Positions 44,451 to 54,715 of a stretch of 64,000 nt of DNA are shown piece after piece. Where the stretch lies: assembly GCA_030647775.1 (NCBI GenBank), contig JAUSJC010000010.1:200718-264717 (forward strand). Direction: 5' to 3'. The position numbers and the translations under genes were made by a program. Each line of letters opens with the position of its first letter. Positions within the stretch are counted from its first letter, which is position 1. The notes under the pieces were generated by a model, which did not search any database, was not told where the DNA came from, and saw nothing but the letters and a program-made list of their open reading frames with translations. Origin of the DNA: Candidatus Curtissbacteria bacterium (GTDB lineage: Bacteria; Patescibacteriota; Microgenomatia; Curtissbacterales; GWA2-41-24).

Positions 44451-46874
44451 GTGGCAATATTCATTGATCCGCAAAAACCCAGAATTAAAAACGAACTCCC
44501 GATAGTTCCGCTTAGGGATACTGTTGTTTTCCCGTCTTCCATGGTTCCAATTACCGTTGGTCGTCCTAAGGTTAAGCTTGGACTCGATAGTGCTTGGGCC
44601 ACCGACCACTTGGCTGTTTTTGTCGCCCAGAAAAATCCGCGCATCGAAAACCCGGCCCCGGGCGACATCTATTCCGTCGGCACCGTCGGTTTAATCCGTC
44701 GGCTTTGGAAGGTCGATAATGAATATAATCTGGCCGTCGAGGGCATCAGCCGCGTTTACCTTAAAGAATTCTCCCAAATCGATCCATATCTTGCTGTCAA
44801 AGTCGAAGAAATTCCCGAACTCACCCAAAAAACCGAGGAAGTCGAAGCGCTTTTTAGAAATATCCTGGCTAAAATCAAGAAATTCGGCGAACTAGGCGGT
44901 ACCCTCACCCTTGAATCTTCGATCCATATCTTTTCAACGGATGACCCGAACCAGCTTGTTAATATTGTCGCCGCCTCCATCGATCTTAAAACTGCCGATA
45001 AACAGCAAATTCTGGAAATGGTCGATACCAAAGCCAGGCTCGACAGGCTTTCGGAACTTTTAACGCGCGAAATCCGAATCTTAGAAATTTCCTCAAAAAT
45101 CGACACCGAAACCCAGGAAAGGGTCGGCAAAGTTACCAAAGATGCAATCCTGCGCGAGAAAATGAAATCTATCGAAAAAGAGCTGGGTGAAGATGAAGAT
45201 GGTCAGGAAATTGCCCAGTTCAGGAAAAAAATCAAAGAAGCCCAAATGCCAACCGATGTCAGGACTAAAGCCGACCGTGAGCTGATTCGTCTTGCCAAAA
45301 TGTCGTCTTATAACCCCGAATCATCCTATATCCGCACCTATTTGGAGTGGCTGGTCGACCTGCCTTGGCAGATCAAGGACAAGAAAAAATCAACCGATGT
45401 CGAGCTGGCCGCCAAAATTTTAGAGGAAGACCATTACGGTTTGCCAAAAGTTAAGGAAAGAATTTTGGAATATTTTGCCGTCCATAAGCTAGTCGGCAAA
45501 ATTAAAGGACCAATCTTGTGCTTTTACGGTCCGCCCGGCGTCGGTAAAACATCAATCGGCAAATCAATTGCCCGGGCGCTTGACCGTAAATTTATAAGGG
45601 TATCTTTAGGCGGCATCCACGATGAAGCGGAAATTCGCGGCCACAGAAGAACCTATGTTGGTGCTATGCCGGGCAGAATAGTCCAGGGTATTAAAAACGC
45701 CGGCACCAAAAACCCGGTCTTTATGCTGGACGAAATCGATAAAATCGGTGCCGATTTCCGCGGCGATCCGTCATCGGCGCTCCTGGAGGCTCTTGACCCG
45801 GAACAAAATAATTCTTTCTCCGACCATTATCTGGAAGTTGCCTACGACCTTTCCGATGTTTTGTTTATCGCAACCGCCAACATTTTGGATACTATTCCGC
45901 CGGCGCTTCGCGACAGGCTTGAGGTAATCAGTTTCCCAGGTTACACCGAAGACGAAAAATTCCACATCGCCAAGCGCTTCCTGATCCCCAAACAGCTTGA
46001 AGCCCATGGTTTAAATAAGGAGAAAGTGGAAATAACGGATAGTACCTTAAAAGACATCATTTCCCATTACACCAGGGAAGCAGGTGTTAGGGAATTGGAA
46101 AGGGAAGCGGCAGCGATCTTTAGAAAAGTAGCTAAAAAATTGGCCACAGCCAAAGTAAAGACCAAAATCGCGATTAGTCCAAAACAGCTCCATGCTTATC
46201 TTGGAGCGGCTAAATTTACAAGAGCCATTGCCGAAGAAAAGGATGAAATTGGAATGACAACCGGTCTCTCGGTAACTTCCGCCGGCGGCGAAATCCTCTT
46301 TGTTGAAGTAACACCTATGCCCGGCAAAGGCCTGTTAATTTTAACCGGCCAGCTTGGTGATGTTATGAAGGAATCGGCTCAAGCCGCACTTTCCTATGTG
46401 CGTTCCCGCGCCAAAGTTTTGGGTATTCCCGAAAACCTTTTTGCCAAAAGCGATATTCATATCCACGTTCCGGAAGGCGCCGTTCCCAAGGAAGGCCCGT
46501 CTGCCGGTATCGCCATCACCACAGCGCTTGTTTCTGCTCTTACAAAAATTCCCGTCCGCCGTGAAGTCGGCATGACCGGAGAAGTCACCCTGCGCGGCCG
46601 GGTTTTGGAAATCGGCGGCCTTAAAGAAAAAACCCTGGCAGCTCATAGGGCGGGTCTAACAACAATTATTATTCCAAAACAAAATGCCAAAGACCTGGAA
46701 GATATCCCTAAAAATGTTAAGCGCGACCTGCAGTTTATTTTGGCCGAGCACATGGACGAAGTCTTAAAAGTGGCACTGACTAAATCTCTTCCTAAAGAAA
46801 AAGCCGCGGAGTCTCCAAAGCTTCCTGTCCGTCATCCTGAACTTGTTTCAGGATCTTCCCAACCAACTAATTAA
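44451..46874 (+). CDS. lon: ATP-dependent protease La
   Basis: [30 protein letters not shown]. Confidence 0.97.
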   Translation: MAIFIDPQKPRIKNELPIVPLRDTVVFPSSMVPITVGRPKVKLGLDSAWATDHLAVFVAQKNPRIENPAPGDIYSVGTVGLIRRLWKVDNEYNLAVEGISRVYLKEFSQIDPYLAVKVEEIPELTQKTEEVEALFRNILAKIKKFGELGGTLTLESSIHIFSTDDPNQLVNIVAASIDLKTADKQQILEMVDTKARLDRLSELLTREIRILEISSKIDTETQERVGKVTKDAILREKMKSIEKELGEDEDGQEIAQFRKKIKEAQMPTDVRTKADRELIRLAKMSSYNPESSYIRTYLEWLVDLPWQIKDKKKSTDVELAAKILEEDHYGLPKVKERILEYFAVHKLVGKIKGPILCFYGPPGVGKTSIGKSIARALDRKFIRVSLGGIHDEAEIRGHRRTYVGAMPGRIVQGIKNAGTKNPVFMLDEIDKIGADFRGDPSSALLEALDPEQNNSFSDHYLEVAYDLSDVLFIATANILDTIPPALRDRLEVISFPGYTEDEKFHIAKRFLIPKQLEAHGLNKEKVEITDSTLKDIISHYTREAGVRELEREAAAIFRKVAKKLATAKVKTKIAISPKQLHAYLGAAKFTRAIAEEKDEIGMTTGLSVTSAGGEILFVEVTPMPGKGLLILTGQLGDVMKESAQAALSYVRSRAKVLGIPENLFAKSDIHIHVPEGAVPKEGPSAGIAITTALVSALTKIPVRREVGMTGEVTLRGRVLEIGGLKEKTLAAHRAGLTTIIIPKQNAKDLEDIPKNVKRDLQFILAEHMDEVLKVALTKSLPKEKAAESPKLPVRHPELVSGSSQPTN

Positions 46875-47034
46875 CTCAATTAACTTTTCACTTTGACTTT
46901 CGACTTTGACTTCCTTCGCTCTTCCCCGGCCGACTAACTAAATATCTTGCATTTTTCAAAATCTCTTTGTATCATTGCGGGAAAAGCATTACTTGCCCCT
47001 TGCCAGCTTTTTCAAAAAAAAGTTTAATTAATCC

Positions 47035-49044
47035 GTGATAAATATCGATCCACAAATTGGCCTGCCGTTTGCGCTAGTTGCGGCTGTTGCTGCGATTCTT
47101 TACGGCGTGGTTACGTCGTTTAAAATCGTGTCCCTTCCGGCAGGTACTCCTAAAATGCGCGCCATTTCCGACGCTATTGCCGAAGGAGCCGCGGCTTTTC
47201 TTCAAAGGCAGTACATGGTAATAGCCGCCGTTGCAGTCGTTATTTTCGGCTTCATTTGGTTTTTCTTAGCACCCCAAACTGCCATTGGATTCCTAATCGG
47301 TGCCCTTGCCTCCGCCGCCTCCGGCTTTATCGGCATGAATATTTCGGTTCGCGCCAATGTCCGTACGGCCCAGGCGGCTCAAACCGGTCTTGCCAAAGCT
47401 CTTGATGTTGCCTTTCGCGGCGGCTCGGTTACCGGGCTTCTTGTCGTTGGCCTTTCCCTGCTTGCCGTTGCCGGTTATTTTGGTGCGACGGGGGATCTCA
47501 CCGGCCTTATCGGCCTTGGATTTGGCGGATCGTTAATTTCTATTTTTGCCCGTCTTGGCGGCGGTATTTTTACCAAAGGCGCCGATGTTGGTGCCGATCT
47601 GGTTGGTAAAGCGGAAGCCGGTATTCCCGAAGATGACCCCAGAAATCCGGCAGTTATTGCCGATAATGTCGGTGATAATGTCGGTGACTGCGCCGGCATG
47701 GCCGCCGACCTTTTCGAAACCTATGCTGTCACAATGATCGCGGCGATGCTTTTGGGGTCGCTAATTTTTAAAGGTTCAGTTGGCGCAATTCTTTATCCCA
47801 TTGTTTTGGGAAGCGTTGGCATTATCGCCACTATCATAAGTATCTTCTTCGTCAAATTGCCAAAAAACAGAAGCATTATGGGTGCTCTTTACGCAGGCTT
47901 AATCACAGCCGCCGTTCTTTCAATCATTGGTTTTTATCCGGTAACGCAACTTATGCTCAATGCTAATGGCATTTATGATCCTCTCAATATTTATTTCACT
48001 TCTATTGTTGGTATCGTCGTTACCCTCTTGATGGTTTTCATTACCGAATACTACACCGCTACCAAGTATAAGCCTGTCCAGTCGATTGCCGCCGCTTCTC
48101 AAACGGGCCATGCTACAAATATTATCGCCGGGCTTGCTGTTTCCATGCGCTCCACTTTCTGGCCGGTATTGGTAATTTGTGCGGGGATTCTTGTGGCCTT
48201 TACCCTAGCCGGAATTTATGGTGTTGCGACTGCCGCAACTTCAATGCTGTCTTTGACCGGGATAATCGTGGCCATTGATGCCTTTGGTCCGATTACCGAT
48301 AACGCCGGCGGTATTGCCGAAATGGCCCATCTTCCCAAACGGGTGAGAAACGTTACCGATCCCCTGGACGCTGTCGGCAACACTACCAAAGCCATAACCA
48401 AAGGCTACGCCATCGCCTCTGCCGCATTGGCGTCATTGGTTCTGTTCGCTTCTTATTCCGAGGAGCTTGCCGCGCGCGGTGCCGGTGTCCAATTTTCGCT
48501 TTCAGATCCAAAAGTACTCATCGGTCTTTTAATTGGTGCGTCCCTGCCGTTTTTGTTTGCCTCTTATGCTATGGAGGCAGTCGGTAAAGCGGGCGGGGCA
48601 GTGGTCGAAGAAGTCAGGCGTCAATTCAAAGAGTTCCCCGGGATTTTAAAAGGTACCCAAAAACCCCAGTACGATAAAGCTGTCGACATTGTCACTAAAA
48701 AGGCCTTAAAGCTGATGATTGTACCGGCTTTGATTCCCATTATCGCCCCGGTTATTGTCGGTTTCACTTTAGGGTCAACGGCGCTGGGCGGTCTTTTAAT
48801 GGGGACAATCGTTTCCGGGCTTTTCGTTGCCATTTCCATGACAACCGGCGGAGCCGCTTGGGATAATGCCAAAAAATATATCGAGTCAGGGGAATTTGGC
48901 GGTAAAGGTTCGGACGCTCACAAAGCCGCCGTTACCGGCGACACCGTCGGTGATCCGTATAAAGATACAGCGGGGCCTGCTATAAATCCCATGATTAAGA
49001 TTATCAATATCGTAGCGCTTCTTTTGATACCCTTCTTGATCTAA
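47035..49044 (+). CDS. hppA: Membrane-bound pyrophosphatase, probably K+-independent H+-translocating
   Basis: [24 protein letters not shown] (Lys at the K+-dependence site), [10 protein letters not shown]. Confidence 0.93.
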   Translation: MINIDPQIGLPFALVAAVAAILYGVVTSFKIVSLPAGTPKMRAISDAIAEGAAAFLQRQYMVIAAVAVVIFGFIWFFLAPQTAIGFLIGALASAASGFIGMNISVRANVRTAQAAQTGLAKALDVAFRGGSVTGLLVVGLSLLAVAGYFGATGDLTGLIGLGFGGSLISIFARLGGGIFTKGADVGADLVGKAEAGIPEDDPRNPAVIADNVGDNVGDCAGMAADLFETYAVTMIAAMLLGSLIFKGSVGAILYPIVLGSVGIIATIISIFFVKLPKNRSIMGALYAGLITAAVLSIIGFYPVTQLMLNANGIYDPLNIYFTSIVGIVVTLLMVFITEYYTATKYKPVQSIAAASQTGHATNIIAGLAVSMRSTFWPVLVICAGILVAFTLAGIYGVATAATSMLSLTGIIVAIDAFGPITDNAGGIAEMAHLPKRVRNVTDPLDAVGNTTKAITKGYAIASAALASLVLFASYSEELAARGAGVQFSLSDPKVLIGLLIGASLPFLFASYAMEAVGKAGGAVVEEVRRQFKEFPGILKGTQKPQYDKAVDIVTKKALKLMIVPALIPIIAPVIVGFTLGSTALGGLLMGTIVSGLFVAISMTTGGAAWDNAKKYIESGEFGGKGSDAHKAAVTGDTVGDPYKDTAGPAINPMIKIINIVALLLIPFLI

Positions 49045-49057
49045 TCCAAGCACCCCT

Positions 49058-49151
49058 GTCATTGCGAGCGAAGCCCCGCCTGCCGGACGGGCAGGGAAGC
49101 AATCTCAACAATTTAACAATAAGAGAGCTTATTGCTCGTAAACTCGCAATG
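49058..49151. repeat. Family B element pair with nested family C hairpin
   Basis: gtcattgcgagcgaagc[cccgcctgccggacgggcagg]gaagcaatctc ... ctcgcaatg. Confidence 0.8.
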
Positions 49152-49173
49152 GAGCAATTTAACAATTTGCCTT

Positions 49174-49869
49174 TTAATAAATTATTCTGTTGGGTTTTAT
49201 GGACGCTGAAGCCTCAATAAAACCGGGTGCTTTGGGGGCACTGTTAAGCAGATTTTCCTCCTGTGCCGCGGTGTCGGTTGCGTTTTTAAACCGGTCGCGG
49301 ATTCCCGGCCTGAAGTTGTTAAGGGCATTTACTCCATCGACAAAACTAGCCGCCGCCTTGTCGTAGTTTTCCCGGAAATTATATCCGTCCCCCAGTCCTT
49401 CCGTTCTTTTGCCGATCGCGAAGAACAAGACTTCTTGGCTTTTCAAATTCTCGGCAATTTCGCCGATCAAATTGGCTATATCCTGGTTTTGGGATTTGGC
49501 ACGGTCAAGTCCGCTGGTCATTTCCCGAAGCTTATCCCCATATCGAATCATGTTCGCGCTTGCGTTTTTAATATCCCCATTGGCAACCAAAAGGTAAGCT
49601 TCTTTAAGTCTTTTACCGGAAAGTGTCATATCAAACTCCGCCCTCTTTACGCTCGAAGGCTGAAATACCCGAAGTATCATTTCCTTGCCGGTAATTAAAA
49701 AATAGAAAGGATTAGAAGGAATTATTCGCAGCGGCACAATTTTGGAAAGAGCGCCATTTATTTGTCCGTCCGATGCTTGCGGGAAATCAACTTGAGCATG
49801 CACAGGAAGAACCGTCGCCCAAAAAAGCAGCAAAAATGATACTAAACAGACTAAGACTTTTTTTATCAT
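49174..49869 (-). CDS. Secreted DUF5667-like protein; ATG at 49869, ORF-track extension runs through the tRNA
   Basis: Signal peptide; P.NPFYFL...E, KRL.EA. Confidence 0.7.
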   Translation of the reverse strand: MIKKVLVCLVSFLLLFWATVLPVHAQVDFPQASDGQINGALSKIVPLRIIPSNPFYFLITGKEMILRVFQPSSVKRAEFDMTLSGKRLKEAYLLVANGDIKNASANMIRYGDKLREMTSGLDRAKSQNQDIANLIGEIAENLKSQEVLFFAIGKRTEGLGDGYNFRENYDKAAASFVDGVNALNNFRPGIRDRFKNATDTAAQEENLLNSAPKAPGFIEASASIKPNRIIY

Positions 49870-49964
49870 AAATATCCCAAAATTCGAAGAATTTTGGAAA
49901 GGAAGAACAAATTTGCGATAAGTCCGCAATTTGCGGACGGAAGCAAAATTTAGTTCTGACGCAG

Positions 49965-50036
49965 TGCCGCTTACGGGAATCGAACCCGTGTTACTAGGTT
50001 GAGAACCTAGCGTCCTGACCATTAGACGAAAGCGGC
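49965..50036 (-). tRNA. tRNA-Glu (CTC)
   Basis: GCCGCTT/AAGCGGC acceptor, CTAGG-TTCTCAA-CCTAG, GGTTCGATTCC. Confidence 0.95.
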
Positions 50037-50043
50037 ATTGTTT

Positions 50044-50137
50044 TGGCTCCTACATGGATGACCTGCCCGCCATAGCTTGCGCATCAGGCGCTAGCAGGCG
50101 GGGAACGCTAGGTCCTAGGCCACTAGACGATGGAGCC
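50044..50137 (-). pseudogene. Disrupted tRNA-Glu-like gene with a family C element in place of its 3' arms
   Basis: GGCTCCATCGTCTAGTGGCCTAGGAC 5' half, element 50062-50103, residual GGAGCCA acceptor end; no T-loop. Confidence 0.75.
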
Positions 50138-50259
50138 AAAGCCGTGCTGATTATAACTGAACCTAAATAACATAACAATATTATTGACTGGCAATTTGCA
50201 AAGATTTATGATAATATCTCTGTTCGCGTAGAGCGGTATAATCATTTTATGGCAAAAAT

Positions 50260-51036
50260 ATGAAAATAGCAGCAGCAGATTCAATGCGAGAACCAATTAT
50301 GGCTCAATTCCAGAAGGCAGGCCATGGTTTCGAGTTGCCTGGAGCCATTATTTCGGCCAGAACCGAAAGCGGGCACGAAATTTTTATGGTCAGATCTCCT
50401 CAGCTGGTCGAAGCTCTCCAAAATGGTTACGCGGACATGGCACTTGTTGGCACGGATATTTTGCACGAGAGACAATTATTGTACGCAGATCACCAGAAAA
50501 TAGCGCCACCGCTTCATACCCTCGCAACATTTAAAGGCTATGGAAGGCAATTCATAACGCCGAGTGTAGATATTGTTGTCCCACCTGGGTCTGAAAAAGA
50601 TCATCTTGATCCAGGAATGATAATCGTTACCGAACACCCTTACATACTTAAAGATCACTTAGAATCTCAAGGCTATAATACTGCACGAATCGGTGACAAG
50701 GGGGTTCCACTTCAGCACGATGAATTCAGGATATGGGCCGAAGCAAACAATGTTCATATTGGAATCCATCCAGTTTCAGGCAAAGAACCGGCTCTTTTGC
50801 TGTTGAGGTTTTGCGACGCTGCGACAATAGTCACCGAATCCGGAAGGACTAACACGGACAACGGCCTTAGAGTTATAGAAAGTATAGAACCAGTCTACAT
50901 ATCTCTTATTGCAACTGATGAAGCTGTAAGAGAACATGCCGAAGGCGCCATGCAATTCGCCGAGGACCTAAGAAAAGCATACTACAGTTCTAAACAAGAA
51001 TTTGAAGCAAGCCGGTTTTCCGCCGAGAGGGCTTAG
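50260..51036 (+). CDS. Divergent ATP-phosphoribosyltransferase (HisG)-like protein
   Basis: G.AD..LVG.DIL.E, VTEHP, G..E, DA...VTESG.T..DNGL. Confidence 0.6.
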   Translation: MKIAAADSMREPIMAQFQKAGHGFELPGAIISARTESGHEIFMVRSPQLVEALQNGYADMALVGTDILHERQLLYADHQKIAPPLHTLATFKGYGRQFITPSVDIVVPPGSEKDHLDPGMIIVTEHPYILKDHLESQGYNTARIGDKGVPLQHDEFRIWAEANNVHIGIHPVSGKEPALLLLRFCDAATIVTESGRTNTDNGLRVIESIEPVYISLIATDEAVREHAEGAMQFAEDLRKAYYSSKQEFEASRFSAERA

Positions 51037-51486
51037 TAATTCTTGACTCTTCTAGATCTTTCCCCTAGAATAAGCGTCCTTACATATCCATGTATCCTAT
51101 GGTGAAAAAAATTTATTCTCACCCCTCGGGACAGAGAAGCAGTTATCAATCTGGCACAGAACTTGGGTCTTGAGCTGCCGCACGCGCAAGCACTCGAAAG
51201 TCTTACAAGAACAAGATATCGAATCGAAAATCCTACCGCTCGGGGACGAGAACGCCTTTAAATGTCCCCTTGCAATTAGTCTTCAATTATTAACTACCCA
51301 GTAATCCTCTGATTAATCCACGTTATATAATCGAAGGCAGGCTAAGTCCAGAAATTACTGTAAGATTTATTACAGTAATTTTACGGTAATTATGAGATAT
51401 TAATTTCAATTACAGGACATGTTAATTTAGCCGGCATCAGCTTGACGCCAGGCTTATTTTTGGACTAGAATTAGCGTCCTGATAAC

Positions 51487-51948
51487 GTGATGGCAAAAAA
51501 GTTCATCCTCACACACGAGGGACTAGACCAAATAAAAAGAGAATATGATGAGCTGGTTAAAAATAAAAGGCCGGATGTAGTTGCTAGGATCCAAAGGGCA
51601 AGGGACTTTGGGGATCTTGCCGAAAACTCCGAATACGACGCCGCCAAAGAAGATCAATCCCTGGTTGAAACCAGAATCTCTCAGCTTGAAGGCGTTCTCC
51701 ACTCCGCCCAAATTATCGAAACAGAAAAAACCGATTTTGTTATCATCGGCTCTACAGTTGTGGTTGAAATGAACGATGAAGTCCACAAATTTCAAATAGT
51801 TGGCTCCATGGAGGCCGATCCCGCCAATAGGAAAATATCAAACGAGTCCCCGGTTGGTAAAGCAATTCTAGGTTTAAAAATCGGTGAAGCAATCGAAATT
51901 TCAGTTGGTCCCGTCAAAAGTAAAGTGAGAGTCTTAGAAATATTATGA
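51487..51948 (+). CDS. greA: Transcription elongation factor GreA, paralog 2
   Basis: GDLAENSEYDAAKE, ISNESPVGKA. Confidence 0.93.
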   Translation: MMAKKFILTHEGLDQIKREYDELVKNKRPDVVARIQRARDFGDLAENSEYDAAKEDQSLVETRISQLEGVLHSAQIIETEKTDFVIIGSTVVVEMNDEVHKFQIVGSMEADPANRKISNESPVGKAILGLKIGEAIEISVGPVKSKVRVLEIL

Positions 51949-53303
51949 TAAAAACCCCAATTGTTAAATTTAACATAAAAGATCTGGATCTAACTACATC
52001 TGAAAAGAAAGTGGCTCAAACCCTCATGAAAGCCGCTGAGTCGATTGCTCCGATATACGAAAAACAGGAAAATCATGAATTCCCGGGCGCCAATTTCTAT
52101 CCCCATGATGCAACAAAGGAAGAAATAGAAAAAGCAGCCGAAAAAAATCCCGGAATTCTCAACCCGTATACCATGGTAGAGCGCGGTGCCGGCGGAAAGT
52201 TAATAGCAATTCCTTATCACGTCAAATTTAAATCACAACTTGGAAAAACCTCAAAGCTCTTGGAAGCTGCTGCCAAGCTGACGAAAAATCACGACCTTGC
52301 CCACCGTCTCCATCTTCAGGCCCATTCACTTCTCGATGGTAATTATGAATTGAGCGATATTTACTGGCTTTCAATGAAACCCTACAAGATTGACATCGCC
52401 ATCGGACCCATCGATAGGTTAGACGACAAGTTATTTTTTAAGAAAGCCTCATATGAAGCCTGGGTAGGAATTATGGACGAAGAAGCTACCCAGAAAGCTA
52501 AAATCATTCAACAGGAAATTTACGACGTAAGAAGGAAGATTTTTTCCTCTTCTCAAAAGGCAGATTTTCTGGACAAAACTAAGCTTCGGGTCGATAAGAC
52601 CCTTATCTTTTCAGGGCTTTTCGCCAGAGGCATGTTTACCTCAAATAGCCTCCCGGTTGATCCCAACTTAATGGAAAAATACGGGATCGAAATAACCTTT
52701 TTTGATTCCTCTCTTGATGTTAAATTCGCAAAGCAACATTACCCAATTTTCCAGAGTGTTTTTGAGAAAGAATTCCAGAAAGATTATTCAAAAGAAGTTT
52801 TAAGAGAAGGTTCATTTAGAAATGTGCTCTTGCACGAAATCGGCCACTCACTTTTAAGATATAAAGATTCCGAAGAAAGGCTTAAGGAATTATTTCCGGT
52901 CATTGATGAACTTGCCGCTACCATTTATGGAATTAAAAGCTGCGCCTCACTTGTTCTCAAAGGAATTATGACCGAACAGGAACTGGAAGCAATTATGATC
53001 ATGTTCATATGCCGTGCATTTACCTGGTGGCTGGATTCACAGACCCAGCCGTCCGTTGAACCATTCGCCCTCGGCCATGCTATTGCTCTGAATTACTTTC
53101 TTGCCGCCGGCGCCCTTCAGGAGCAAAACGGCATCTCATGGCCAAATTTTAGCAAAATGTTCATGGCCATCGAAGAACTTTCAAATGGGCTGGAGGCTTT
53201 AATATCATTAGGTTCACGCTCAGATGCCAAGTATTTCATTGATAAATACGGCTCATTTATGATATACTCATCGTTCGTCAATCGTCTTAAAGGACTAAAA
53301 TAA
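51945..53303 (+). CDS. Peptidase M49 (DPP III)-like zinc protein
   Basis: PGANFYPHD.TKEE, IPYH, LHEIGH. Confidence 0.7.
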   Translation: MIKTPIVKFNIKDLDLTTSEKKVAQTLMKAAESIAPIYEKQENHEFPGANFYPHDATKEEIEKAAEKNPGILNPYTMVERGAGGKLIAIPYHVKFKSQLGKTSKLLEAAAKLTKNHDLAHRLHLQAHSLLDGNYELSDIYWLSMKPYKIDIAIGPIDRLDDKLFFKKASYEAWVGIMDEEATQKAKIIQQEIYDVRRKIFSSSQKADFLDKTKLRVDKTLIFSGLFARGMFTSNSLPVDPNLMEKYGIEITFFDSSLDVKFAKQHYPIFQSVFEKEFQKDYSKEVLREGSFRNVLLHEIGHSLLRYKDSEERLKELFPVIDELAATIYGIKSCASLVLKGIMTEQELEAIMIMFICRAFTWWLDSQTQPSVEPFALGHAIALNYFLAAGALQEQNGISWPNFSKMFMAIEELSNGLEALISLGSRSDAKYFIDKYGSFMIYSSFVNRLKGLK

Positions 53304-53310
53304 ACGATAT

Positions 53311-54663
53311 ATGACTGTAGAAAGAAGAATGCCGCCCGGAGCTGGAAGATTTTCCCTCAATGATTCTGGTCGTTTTACAAACAGCCACATTGAAGGCGGC
53401 CAGCCGCGTAGAAAAGATCAGGATCCAACTGCAGAGAATCTGTCCAAAAGAATAATCGCCGACCTTAGGGCTTTTGATGCTGGACTGAAAAAACGCGATC
53501 GTGATGACTTTTGTTTGGATATGGATTTGTCCCCTCAAGATGAGAATTCTCCAGCACCAATAAGTTATCAAGAAGCCAGGCCCAGATTTATTGCCCATAT
53601 AGCCGAAATCGAGGCTACAGCTCCAGAGTTACACTCCGGAGTATTACCTTTAGCAGCCGCTCGTTTAGATGGAATTGTTGCCTATTATGACGAGAAGGAA
53701 AGAGTCGCGAAGGGCGAACCAAAAGCAGAGTATAAAACACTCTTTGCAGCCGTTAATGGCTATGATCCATATCTCATTCCTGAGGCCCACCTGGAAGATA
53801 CACGAAAAGAAGAATTAATTGATCATCTCAAAGCCGTTGGGTATCATCCGGCAAGTGAATCCCCCGAACATGTTGCACGAGCAATCAGAGATTATCATGA
53901 GGCACATAGACTGGTTGCGCCGAAGGACGTACAAGAGGAATATTGGAGGTTTGCGAGAAGATACAGATCTCAACTTGCACAAGCTGTAGGCAGGGATTTA
54001 AGTTTCGTAAACTACGACACACCCATCAAATATCAAGATACTTTCTGGAGAATGTATGAAAGGCTTGGCCCGGAAGGCGCACATGTTTGGCTCAACTGGC
54101 ATAAGAGGCATAGCAACTCTTACGACATATCTGTCGTCCAGATGTACTCTAATCATGAAGATTTCCATATGGTTGTCGGAATGCTTTATAAGGCAGCAAT
54201 CGAATCACAAGACCTGGATCCTTTAGCCGGGCTAATTCCTATTCCCGGCCCTGACAGCTATGCCTTGGAAGGCGGCGCCGTAACTATTAGCGAGCTAGCT
54301 GGTTATAACACCACACCCGATACTAGGTTAGGAACGACTCTTTACTACCTTTCAAAAGTGGCAATAGCAAACGGAATTTATCTAGTTGAGCAAGGTGAGC
54401 CGATTCCAGGTGTCGCAGCCAATTTAGCCCCATACATGCCATCCAACACAGTTGAAGAAATAGAAGCTTCACTGACGGAGGCAACGACCCATACTTTTGA
54501 TCGTGTCTATCAACCAGTTTACGGCTTAGCTGGCTATGAATTCCTACAACTGAGTCGTAATGTTACCGGAAGCAAAAAAGTAGAATTTATAAGACGCTTT
54601 ATGGAAGTACCAAGGTCGAGACACCAAATCCACGACTTGGCTGACGATATTCTGTTTTCTTAA
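53311..54663 (+). CDS. Hypothetical, possible metallopeptidase-like protein
   Basis: HEDFH (HExxH) with downstream LEGGA. Confidence 0.55.
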   Translation: MTVERRMPPGAGRFSLNDSGRFTNSHIEGGQPRRKDQDPTAENLSKRIIADLRAFDAGLKKRDRDDFCLDMDLSPQDENSPAPISYQEARPRFIAHIAEIEATAPELHSGVLPLAAARLDGIVAYYDEKERVAKGEPKAEYKTLFAAVNGYDPYLIPEAHLEDTRKEELIDHLKAVGYHPASESPEHVARAIRDYHEAHRLVAPKDVQEEYWRFARRYRSQLAQAVGRDLSFVNYDTPIKYQDTFWRMYERLGPEGAHVWLNWHKRHSNSYDISVVQMYSNHEDFHMVVGMLYKAAIESQDLDPLAGLIPIPGPDSYALEGGAVTISELAGYNTTPDTRLGTTLYYLSKVAIANGIYLVEQGEPIPGVAANLAPYMPSNTVEEIEASLTEATTHTFDRVYQPVYGLAGYEFLQLSRNVTGSKKVEFIRRFMEVPRSRHQIHDLADDILFS

Positions 54664-54715
54664 ATTACGCCAACTTTTCGTTGATTAATTAAGCCCCTTC
54701 TCGTATACTCTAGCC

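Noticed and set aside
44316-44609. Long N-terminal extension of ORF 43914..44609
   Set aside because: Overlaps lon antisense and a repeat element; likely spurious.
49870-50022. ORF-track N-terminus of the 282-aa ORF
   Set aside because: Runs through tRNA-Glu; the signal peptide starts at the ATG at 49869.
50164-50192. dif-like site
   Set aside because: Only a partial TTATGTTA half match; spacing and XerC arm are poor.
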